In this document: positions 10,301-17,181 of the stretch, piece after piece | Position numbering within the stretch: position 1 is the stretch's first letter | Layout of the letters: each line of letters opens with the position of its first letter | DNA from: a virus | Lineage: Duplodnaviria; Caudoviricetes | DNA length: 28,398 bases | IMG/VR virus record: IMGVR_UViG_3300027917_000148 | Location: 1-28,398 of that record | Direction: 5' to 3' (one strand) | The notes under the pieces: model-generated | Told to the model about the DNA's origin: nothing | The model's input: only the letters and a program-made list of their open reading frames with translations | Databases searched by the model: none | Made by a program: the position numbers and the translations under genes

Positions 10301-13300
10301 CCAGTTCGTCCTCATCGTCAAGTAGCTCTTCTTCGTCATCTAGTAGTTCGTCTTCGTCTTCGTCAAGTTCAAGCGAGTCATCTTCAAGTGCTGTTCCGTT
10401 TGGTTGTCCTGTAGATGTTACAATGAACACATGTACAATAAGCGGAGGAGATCACATTTCTCTATGCAATTGTTTTGATGACGATGTGTTATGTATTAAT
10501 GAATGTACTGGTGCTCCAGGTTTTGATGCTGATTTTACTTTTGAAGGATTGAATCCTTCTTTTCAATATACAGTTACTATAAGATTTAGATATAATCCTG
10601 CCAATCCTGCTCATATTATAAAATTAAGAATATATAACTACAATACTCTTTCTTATGATAACGTAACGGCAGATTCTACAGATTTCCCACAAAATGCTAA
10701 CTACCAGACTAAGGTATTTAACTTACCTAGTACAATGACTAATTACGTTAGTGGTGGTGTGGCTGTACTTAAAACCATACATACGTCACCTGGAAATACA
10801 CTTCACAAATTTTGTATAGACTGTATGAATTTAGCTGTAGGGTCATCTTCGTCAAGTTCATCCTCATCGTCACTTAGCTCTTCGTCAAGTTCCAGTAGCT
10901 CTTCATCCTCAAGTAGTTCGTCCTCAAGCTCTAGCAGTTCGTCAAGTAGCTCAAGCAGTTCGTCCTCAAGTTCTAGTAGTTCGTCCTCATCGTCAAGTAG
11001 CTCCAGTAGCTCATCTTCATTTTCTAGTAGCTCATCCTCAAGTTCAAGTAGTTCGTCTTCGTCATCCTCAAGTTCAAGTAGCTCCAGTAGCTCATCCTCA
11101 AGTTCAAGTAGCTCCAGTAGCTCATCCTCATTTTCTAGTAGTTCGTCTTCGTCTTCATCGTCAAGTAGCTCATCCTCAAGTTCAAGTAGCTCATCCTCAT
11201 CCTCAAGTTCTTCTTCATTTTCTAGCAGTTCGTCCAGTTCGTCAAGTAGCTCATCGTCAAGTTCAAGTAGCTCATCGTCAAGTTCTAGTAGTTCATCCTC
11301 AAGCTCAAGCTCATCCAGTTCCAGCGAATCTTCGTCAAGTAGCTCAAGTAGCTCATCGTCAAGTTCTAGTAGTTCGTCAAGCTCAAGCTCCAGCGAATCT
11401 TCATCCAGTTCCAGCGAATCATCGTCAAGCAGTTCAAGTAGCTCATCGTCAAGTTCTAGTAGTTCGTCAAGTTCAAGCTCCAGCGAATCTTCGTCAAGTA
11501 GCTCAAGTAGCTCATCGTCAAGTTCAAGTAGTTCGTCAAGTTCAAGCTCCAGCGAATCTTCGTCAAGTAGCTCTTCATCGTCAAGTAGCTCATCGTCAAG
11601 TTCCAGTAGCTCATCGTCAAGTTCCAGTAGTTCGTCTTCGTCATCGGAAAGTTCAAGTAGCTCTTCATCGTCAAGTAGCTCTTCCTCAAGTTCTAGTAGT
11701 TCGTCCTCAAGTTCAAGTAGCTCATCGTCAAGTTCCAGTAGTTCGTCTTCGTCATCGTCAAGTTCCAGTAGTTCGTCTTCGTCATCGGAAAGTTCAAGTA
11801 GCTCTTCATCGTCAAGCAGTTCGTCCTCAAGTTCTAGTAGTTCGTCTTCGTCAAGCTCCAGCTTTAGTAGTTCGTCAAGTTCAAGTAGCTCATCTGAAAG
11901 TTCAAGTAGCTCAAGTAGTTCGTCTTCGTCATCCTCAAGCTCAAGTAGTTCGTCTTCATCGTCAAGCAGTTCAAGTAGCTCATCGTCAAGTTCAAGTAGC
12001 TCAAGCAGTTCAAGTTCTTCCTCTGAAAGTTCAAGTAGTTCGTCTTCGTCATCGTCAAGTTCCAGTAGTTCGTCTTCGTCATCGTCAAGTTCAAGTAGCT
12101 CATCGTCAAGCTCTAGTAGTTCATCTTCGTCAAGCTCCAGCTTTAGTAGTTCGTCAAGCTCTTCATCAGAATCATCTTCCTCAAGTAGCTCCAGCGAATC
12201 AAGTAGCTCATCCTCAAGTTCAAGCAGTTCGTCCTCAAGTTCTAGCAGTTCGTCTTCGTCAAGCTCCAGTAAATCAAGTTCAAGTAGCTCAAGTAGCTCA
12301 TCTGAAAGTTCATCTTCGTCAAGCAGTTCGTTCTCTTCGTCAAGTAGCTCAAGTAGCTCATCCAGTTCGTCAAGCAGTTCGTCCTCAAGCTCCAGCGAAT
12401 CAAGTAGTTCAAGCAGTTCGTCCTCAAGTTCTAGTAGTTCCTCCTCATCTTCTTTTAGCTCATCCTCATCCAGTTCATCAAGCAGTTCGTCCTCAAGTTC
12501 TAGTAGTTCGTCAAGCTCAAGCTCCAGTAAATCAAGTTCAAGTAGCTCCAGTAGCTCATCTGAAAGTTCATCTTCGTCAAGTAGCTCATCCAGTTCGTCA
12601 AGCAGTTCGTCCTCAAGTTCTAGTAGTTCGTCTTCGTCAAGCTCTTCAAGTAGCTCATCCTCAAGTTCAAGTAGCTCATCCTCAAGTTCAAGTAGTTCGT
12701 CTTCGTCAAGCTCCAGTTCTCTAAGCTCTTCAAGCTCTAGTAGTTCATCCAGCGAATCATCTTCGTCAAGCAGTTCGTCCTCAAGTTCTAGTAGTTCGTC
12801 TTCGTCAAGCAGTTCATCCTCATCCAGTTCTTCCTCATCTGAATCATCTTCAAGCTCAAGCGAATCAAGCTCAAGCTCCAGTATTAGTTCATCTTCAATT
12901 TCTTCTTCCTCATCATCAGTTAGCTCATCGTCAGTTAGCTCATCGTCATCTAGTAAATCTTCGTCAAGTGAATCTTCGTCAAGTTCGTCAAGTTCGTCTA
13001 GCGAATCAAGTTCTAGCAGTTCCAGTTCTGTTAGCTCAAGCAGTTCGTCACGGTCATCTTCGTCAAGCTCAAGTTCGTCAAGCTTTAGCAGTTCGTCAAG
13101 CTCAAGTTCGTCAAGCGTAAGCAGTTCTTCTTCTTCGTCCAGCGAATCAAGTTCAAGCAGTTCAAGTTCTTCCTCTGAAAGTTCATCCTCTTCATCAAGC
13201 TCCAGTTCGTCAAGCAGTTCTGAATCATCCTCTTCAAGCTCAAGTTCGTCAAGCAGTTCGTCCTCATCCAGTTCTTCCTCAAGTTCGTCAAGCAGTTCCA

Positions 13301-14064
13301 GCGTGAGCAGTTCCAGTAGTTCTGTATCTTCGTCAAGTTCCAGCGTGAGTTCTTCTTCAAGTAGTTCCTCATCTGTGAGTTCTTCTTCGTCAAGTGAAAG
13401 TTCATCTTCGTCTTCGTCCAGTTCGTCTTCGTCTTCGTCAAGCTCCAGTTCCGTAAGTTCCTCATCCAGTTCATCTTCGTCAAGTAGCTCATCGTCCTCA
13501 AGCTCAAGTTCTTCAAGTTCAAGTTCCTCAAGTAGTTCGGTTAGCTCATCTTCAAGCTCTGTATCATCTTCTTCTTCGTCATTTAGTTCATCCTCATTTA
13601 GCTTTAGTTCTTCAAGCTCCAGCTTGTCTTCAAGCTCTTCGTCTAAGTCATCGTCTTCCTCATCATTTAGAGAAGAAGGAGGAGGAGGATATCCTGTATA
13701 TCCTGTAGCACCAAGAAGACCAGAATTTATTTGGTTCGATATTTCTTCCTCTTCGTCAAGTAGCTCTTCGTCAATATCCAGTAGCTATAGCAGTAGTTCA
13801 TGGTCATCAACCTCAAGCTCTTCAAGTGTGAGCAGTTCTTCAAGCTCAAGTGCTATCAAAGTTACTGTACAGATACCAAAGAAATTTAATAAACAAATGA
13901 TAATAAAGGTAACGGAGCCTAAGAGGAAGAAACCAAAGAAAGAAATTAGAATCAATGTTACCTTGAAAGAAGAAGTAAAAGAAGATTTGATTAAAGCCAT
14001 ACCAGCAAAGGAGAAAACAAAACAAGCGATTGGAATAGATATAAAAACGATCAAATCTAGTTAA
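7381..14064 (+). CDS. Giant poly-serine modular protein, probably a virion appendage/fibre
   Basis: 2227 aa uninterrupted ORF. Three tandem ~120 aa N-terminal repeats, several globular domains separated by poly-Ser tracts, and a Lys-rich C-terminus. Confidence 0.8.
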   Translation: MPVSQATATASTTTTSATYGLLSGMTLTPGAGNYILSFDASAQCSDESRVFFQVFVNGVAVGHTQRVFFMEGSIVNRQTSVKIYAYLPNVGAGQAVEIRWYRDTAGTATCYDRTLVLQKVNASDISQATATALTNTTSTTNVQMNSMTLTPGVAGNYIIYFSSSIYGTSEADNYLSVYINGVQVTHSIRRNFQDASTPNTEYIFGLVIGASVGASDTIEIRWRTSSGDTAYARSRTLIAQRITSYNQVTGTSTLQTTSATYGLMGSMAITPAAGSYIAFFTTSVYLSTSTNSEIRYTLYSAGAQIAHTARISEYDSSYDQITPLPAATHAYITGLTGSQQVDVRWNRETGTANVINRTFVLVPAEVSSSSSSTSSSSSSFSGSSSSSSSSSSLSSSSSSSSSSSSSSSSSSSSSSSSSSSSSSSSSSSSSSSSTSSSSTSSSSASKATVTWGHDTGVEEDVARDFSGNWELSNVTVSGSGDSETLTFWCPTATAISEEWLLGAMSSAQIVLDKYDALAEGPAIGVEYKTSTTKIGLGSIGWTPYNGNEFTSLGWVQIRIFKGLDVHAEAGILGSTATDSVSASISIPPSGYYAEPCGCPLNRVVVAGVSWEDASTGSYVASCQFNGIDMTLISGAEAVAPNSRISNIQLYAIYENQLPSVGGEYTITAQISGANEPDVQPYLTAVVLQDIKQRIPEVSKTIEIQRAAGLQTFSHSVPVSAGDSFSHIILHHLINSEGIGDSPPSGGVYLSHSNSQIEVFNEANDNSTVGLTYKTVPSGGGTYTWSHTLSSGVIIQRHMIFASLWDREPCLNPTTIDDVTLTSSSSSSSSESSSSSSSSSSSSLSSSSSSLSSSCPPTIIEDIGLQSSSSSSSSSSQSSSSSSSSSSSSSSSSSSSSSSSSSSSSSSSSSSESSSSSSSSSSSSSSSSSSSSSSSSSSSSSSSSSSSSSSSSSSSSSSYSSSSSSSSSSSSSSSSSSSSSSSSSSSSSSSSSSSSSSSSESSSSAVPFGCPVDVTMNTCTISGGDHISLCNCFDDDVLCINECTGAPGFDADFTFEGLNPSFQYTVTIRFRYNPANPAHIIKLRIYNYNTLSYDNVTADSTDFPQNANYQTKVFNLPSTMTNYVSGGVAVLKTIHTSPGNTLHKFCIDCMNLAVGSSSSSSSSSSLSSSSSSSSSSSSSSSSSSSSSSSSSSSSSSSSSSSSSSSSSSSSSSSSFSSSSSSSSSSSSSSSSSSSSSSSSSSSSSSSSSSSSFSSSSSSSSSSSSSSSSSSSSSSSSSSSSFSSSSSSSSSSSSSSSSSSSSSSSSSSSSSSSSSSSESSSSSSSSSSSSSSSSSSSSSSESSSSSSESSSSSSSSSSSSSSSSSSSSSSESSSSSSSSSSSSSSSSSSSSSSESSSSSSSSSSSSSSSSSSSSSSSSSSSSSSESSSSSSSSSSSSSSSSSSSSSSSSSSSSSSSSSSSSSSSSSSSSSSESSSSSSSSSSSSSSSSSSSSSSSSFSSSSSSSSSSESSSSSSSSSSSSSSSSSSSSSSSSSSSSSSSSSSSSSSSSSSESSSSSSSSSSSSSSSSSSSSSSSSSSSSSSSSSSSSSSFSSSSSSSSESSSSSSSSESSSSSSSSSSSSSSSSSSSSSSSSKSSSSSSSSSSESSSSSSSSFSSSSSSSSSSSSSSSSSSSSSESSSSSSSSSSSSSSSSSSFSSSSSSSSSSSSSSSSSSSSSSSSKSSSSSSSSSSESSSSSSSSSSSSSSSSSSSSSSSSSSSSSSSSSSSSSSSSSSSSSSSSSSSSLSSSSSSSSSSESSSSSSSSSSSSSSSSSSSSSSSSSSSSESSSSSSESSSSSSISSSSISSSSSSVSSSSVSSSSSSKSSSSESSSSSSSSSSESSSSSSSSVSSSSSSRSSSSSSSSSSFSSSSSSSSSSVSSSSSSSSESSSSSSSSSSESSSSSSSSSSSSSSESSSSSSSSSSSSSSSSSSSSSSSSSSVSSSSSSVSSSSSSVSSSSSSSSSVSSSSSSESSSSSSSSSSSSSSSSSSVSSSSSSSSSSSSSSSSSSSSSSSSSSSSVSSSSSSVSSSSSSFSSSSFSFSSSSSSLSSSSSSKSSSSSSFREEGGGGYPVYPVAPRRPEFIWFDISSSSSSSSSSISSSYSSSSWSSTSSSSSVSSSSSSSAIKVTVQIPKKFNKQMIIKVTEPKRKKPKKEIRINVTLKEEVKEDLIKAIPAKEKTKQAIGIDIKTIKSS
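10843..13665 (+). repeat. Low-complexity poly-serine-coding tract (~941 codons)
   Basis: Mosaic of TCN and AGY codons with recurring blocks such as TCGTCAAGT and TCAAGTAGC. Shorter tracts lie at about 6904-7010, 8479-8715, 9844-9940, 9976-10389 and 13744-13851. Confidence 0.95.
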
Positions 14065-14069
14065 AATTT

Positions 14070-14077
14070 TATAAATA
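14070..14077 (+). promoter_or_regulatory. T4-type late promoter TATAAATA
   Basis: Exact consensus between the poly-Ser gene and 14113. Confidence 0.7.
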
Positions 14078-14112
14078 TTAATGAAAGCTTATACATTTTA
14101 GGAGAAGTAATT

Positions 14113-14724
14113 ATGAATATCAAAATAAATGAACCTAAAACATTAGAATTTAACGTAGATACAAAAGGATGTAAAGAAGAGGATCTTAAAGGATATTTAA
14201 GATTTGTCTTTGAAGATGTAGAGTATGGATTTCCTGCTACTTTTAAATCTGGCACTATTAGAGTAAAAGTTCCAGCTTTCCAAACTCTTTTAAGTAATCG
14301 TCTTACAGAATCTATTTCTAATCACAAAGAAGTTACTGTAAATGCTCGACTAGACATTGTGGCTAACAATGAAGCTTTCGTGACTCCTTGGGAAAATGAA
14401 ATAGACATTGAGGTTCCTGTAGACATTCAAGTTAAAGAAGAGAAGAAGTCTGTTATCACAGAGAAGAAAAAAATGAATGTCAACGATCCTAAGTTATTTG
14501 AAGCATTTGACGATGCCGTTAAAACCAGCAAGTTTAAAGATGCATTGGAAAAGGACATCAAACCAGAAGTGAAAGTGGATGAACCTAAAGAAGAAGACGT
14601 AGATGAGATGTGTGGAGCGGATCATAAGAAGAAGAAAAAGAAAGTTAAAGAAGATCCAGATCCAGTTCCAGTCAAATCTAGGTTAGCTCAATCACTAGCT
14701 GAAATTTACGTTAAGGAGAAATAA
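14113..14724 (+). CDS. Hypothetical late protein with a charged C-terminal tail
   Basis: 203 aa with AGGAG SD. Confidence 0.75.
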   Translation: MNIKINEPKTLEFNVDTKGCKEEDLKGYLRFVFEDVEYGFPATFKSGTIRVKVPAFQTLLSNRLTESISNHKEVTVNARLDIVANNEAFVTPWENEIDIEVPVDIQVKEEKKSVITEKKKMNVNDPKLFEAFDDAVKTSKFKDALEKDIKPEVKVDEPKEEDVDEMCGADHKKKKKKVKEDPDPVPVKSRLAQSLAEIYVKEK

Positions 14725-14726
14725 TT

Positions 14727-15038
14727 ATGCCAGTCAAACCAGAGAAAGGACAAAAGAGATGGCAGTATATGGATAAGTGTATGCATGAGATCACTCATAA
14801 ATCAAAAAAAGAAAGATCACATGAACAAAGACTAGCCATTTGTTTAGGACAATGGGCTGAATTCTCTAACGAAGATGCCATATTGAATAAATTTGATTTA
14901 CTTCTAATTGGAGAAGAGATGAAATGTCCAGAAGGACAAAAATACTGACCAGTTAAAGGTGAATGTGTACCAGTTGGTACAGGAAGAAAAATCAGACAAA
15001 GACAAAGACAAGGCAATGGAAAGGGAATGGGAGAATGA
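14727..15038 (+). CDS. Small Cys-motif protein with in-frame UGA at 14946-14948; candidate selenoprotein (103 aa, ...KCPEGQKY-U-PVKGECVPVGTG...)
   Basis: Reading through the TGA completes a CPxGQ-x8-CVP motif that is also present in 15474-15938. The extended frame ends in an ATGA overlap with the next start at 15035. A hairpin follows the UGA. Without recoding the gene ends at 14948. Confidence 0.65.
14946..14981 (+). promoter_or_regulatory. UGA plus candidate bacterial-type SECIS hairpin
   Basis: Stem TGTACC (14966-71) / GGTACA (14976-81) with loop AGTT. The loop starts 24 nt after the UGA and has G at loop position 2, followed by U. Confidence 0.55.
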
Positions 15039-15436
15039 CTCTAATTGATAAAATAGACAGATTACTAGTAGAACGCTATAGTGGGCCTACCGTTACTGTT
15101 ACATGGGAGTTATGTGATCCTAAAGACTGGGATGGAGACACATGTACAGAAGTAGACATTAATCTTGGATTCTATCACACACCAGAAGAAAAAGAAATGG
15201 GATATATAAGAGTTCCAGAAACCTTTGAATTAGAAACAGTAGAGTTCGCTGAAAATATTACATACATGGGAAAGAAATATCGCTATGGACAAGCATTTCC
15301 AAAGCAATTAAGAAAACATGTCATGCAGTTTAGAGATCCTGTAGGACGTGCTGGATTCAAAAAAGGAAACTGGGAGTCATTTGTTAATAGGCAATTGTAT
15401 GAAAAACTTGGTGTAGAACATAGATACATAGCGTAA
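15035..15436 (+). CDS. Hypothetical protein (MTLIDKIDRLLVE...), putative head-internal protein
   Basis: Start reassigned from 14963 to ATG 15035, where the shared IDKIDxLL N-terminal motif begins. Confidence 0.75.
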   Translation: MTLIDKIDRLLVERYSGPTVTVTWELCDPKDWDGDTCTEVDINLGFYHTPEEKEMGYIRVPETFELETVEFAENITYMGKKYRYGQAFPKQLRKHVMQFRDPVGRAGFKKGNWESFVNRQLYEKLGVEHRYIA

Positions 15437-15444
15437 ATAGTTTG

Positions 15445-15473
15445 TTTACATTTACTTCCGAGTGGGGTATAAT
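15445..15473 (+). promoter_or_regulatory. Sigma70/T4-early-like promoter (G)TTTACA-N17-TATAAT
   Basis: Near-consensus boxes with a 17 bp spacer. The -10 directly abuts ATG 15474, so the target gene is unclear. Confidence 0.45.
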
Positions 15474-15938
15474 ATGGACATCATTAATAAAATAGATAAA
15501 CTACTAGGAGATCAAACTTCTGGAGCCACCACTACAGGTAACGTAGCAACTAACCTAGCTAAAGGACATGTAGATGTTATAGGTGGTGTACGTAGAGGAG
15601 TGAGTAGTATAGGTTATCAATGTCCGAAAGGTCAAGTATGGGATAAGACTACAAGGAAATGTGTTCCTTCAAAGAATGAGTCAAGTGTTGTGGGAGGATC
15701 ATATATAGCTGGAAGTACAGTTAACATTGTGGGATCTGGACAAACCAGAGTTTGGGGAGACAGGCTCAGATGGATGATTGACCTTGATAGGAAAGAACCA
15801 GTAGAAGAAGAAATACCAGATAAAGCAGAACAAAATATTGAGATGAGGAAAGGATTAAAGTTTAACAACATATTAGGAGCCTACGTTCCGCAAGGAGATA
15901 CGGAGATTGAGCCAAGATATGTTGAAGGAGAAGTATGA
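15474..15938 (+). CDS. Hypothetical protein (MDIINKIDKLL...) with CPKGQVWDKTTRKCVP motif
   Basis: Shared N-terminal motif. The Cys motif is paralogous to the UGA-containing motif upstream. Confidence 0.75.
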   Translation: MDIINKIDKLLGDQTSGATTTGNVATNLAKGHVDVIGGVRRGVSSIGYQCPKGQVWDKTTRKCVPSKNESSVVGGSYIAGSTVNIVGSGQTRVWGDRLRWMIDLDRKEPVEEEIPDKAEQNIEMRKGLKFNNILGAYVPQGDTEIEPRYVEGEV

Positions 15939-16153
15939 TGAACTTAGTAGACAAATATTTGAAAGAAGACATGATTAGTGAAGCTAGTAAAATGTATAAA
16001 AGCTTTGCTGATAGAATAAAAAGAGCCAAATCTGCTAAAGACATAACTAAGGTTTTAGGAGATATCAAAAAAGCCGTTAATACTAAAGATATAGACCAGA
16101 AAGAAGCTATAAAATTAGCTGATATGGCAGATGATAGATTGGAGGAAGTATAA
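15935..16153 (+). CDS. Small helical protein (MMNLVDKYLKE...)
   Basis: 72 aa with ATGA overlap and GAAGGAG SD. Confidence 0.75.
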   Translation: MMNLVDKYLKEDMISEASKMYKSFADRIKRAKSAKDITKVLGDIKKAVNTKDIDQKEAIKLADMADDRLEEV

Positions 16154-16450
16154 ATGTCTGATATAGATATTCTAGACAAAATTGAAGTAGAACAGTTAAT
16201 CCAAGACACAAAAGAATTCATGGAAGATCCAGAGCTTGCAGAAGCCGCTGTTAAAACCGCTGGCTGGACAAAATCTTCTGTAGAAAAATTTGGGAAGACA
16301 ATCGGAAAAGAACCTGGGAAAAAAGGATTCTTTGATGCATGTGTTATGAAGATGAAGGGAAGGGTAAACGATCCAGAAGGATTTTGTGCAAGTCTTAAAG
16401 ACAAATACTACGGAAATACGGACTGGAGAGGAAAAGACAAAGAGAAGTGA
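16154..16450 (+). CDS. Small protein with a Cys pair (FFDACV...EGFCASLKD)
   Basis: 98 aa with GGAGG SD, directly abutting the previous stop. Confidence 0.75.
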   Translation: MSDIDILDKIEVEQLIQDTKEFMEDPELAEAAVKTAGWTKSSVEKFGKTIGKEPGKKGFFDACVMKMKGRVNDPEGFCASLKDKYYGNTDWRGKDKEK

Positions 16451-17181
16451 AGCTAAAGCAATTTCTTAAAGAAGGTCAATGACCGCTTCAAACCATGTAC
16501 GGTGAAATGCCTACAGGTGGTAGGTTTGGCCCTTATACAGAATATGAATTAGCCGCTCAAAACATGGCAGAAGCGGCACATTGCATACTTGGATCATTGG
16601 CTAAGTTAAATAGTAATACTCCTTTTTGGATGGAGAAAGGACACATTAAAGAAGAAATGGGTATTATAGAAAGAGCCATGAAAGAGTATACTAGAGATGT
16701 TTATCTTGGACGTGTCTTTAGACCTGAAAATGCTAAGAAAACAATAGAGTCTGTTAAGAAAGCCGCTCCTAGATTAGAAAAAGATGCAATGAGCGCAAGA
16801 CGTAGAGTAAGTAAAAATCTACCAAAGGAAATACAGGATCTAGCAAAATATGCATATGATTTTTTAGTTCTTTTAGCAAGAAAGCTTTTAGATAGTGTAG
16901 AGCAAATAGAAAAAGGAAATATGGTAAACGCTTATAGAAATACTATACTACAAGCTTCTGTTAAAAATCTAAGAAAAATGGTAGATAGGTTTTTGAAGTT
17001 ATCAGATGAAGGAACAATAGAAGATCCATATGTAAAACCACAACCCAAGCTAAAAGTTAAACGTGTTCCTAAAGGAACCATAGCAAAGATGACAAAGAAA
17101 CAAAAAGAAGAGCAAAAGAACAGAAGAAAAGAATTAGAAAAAATGGACATAATGGATCTGCTATTCAAAAAGGATATATGA
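16447..17181 (+). CDS. Protein with in-frame UGA at codon 12 (16480-16482); candidate selenoprotein (MKLKQFLKEGQ-U-PLQTMYGEMP..., 244 aa)
   Basis: A GTGA overlap start at 16447 gives MKLKQFLKE, in frame with the 228 aa ORF at 16495, which has no SD of its own. A hairpin follows the UGA. Confidence 0.6.
16480..16527 (+). promoter_or_regulatory. UGA plus candidate bacterial-type SECIS hairpin
   Basis: Stem GCCTAC (16509-14) / GTAGGT (16520-25) with loop AGGTG, extendable by two A-U pairs past a bulged U. The loop starts 33 nt after the UGA. Confidence 0.5.

Noticed and set aside
10037-13531. Minus-strand ORFs rich in T/N/W/L/M within the poly-Ser region
   Set aside because: These are shadow frames of the repetitive Ser codons, with no SD or independent coding signal.
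10843-13665. CRISPR array or diversity-generating retroelement repeat
   Set aside because: There is no constant repeat with unique spacers, no reverse transcriptase, and no adenine-specific TR/VR pair. The repeats are in-frame Ser codons.
14963-15034. ORF-track N-terminal extension MCTSWYRKK... of 14963-15436
   Set aside because: The shared IDKIDxLL motif starts at ATG 15035, and this stretch is better explained as the read-through tail of the upstream gene.
15862-16404. 180 aa minus-strand ORF, and other antisense ORFs such as 4999-5391, 24944-25285 and 27190-27540
   Set aside because: They lie antisense to well-supported, SD-bearing, coupled plus-strand genes and show no recognisable motifs.
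16479-16505. Mini-ORF MTASNHVR starting at the ATGA that overlaps the second UGA
   Set aside because: It is only 8 codons and in a different frame from the downstream gene. It is noted as a possible reinitiation alternative but has no support as a gene.
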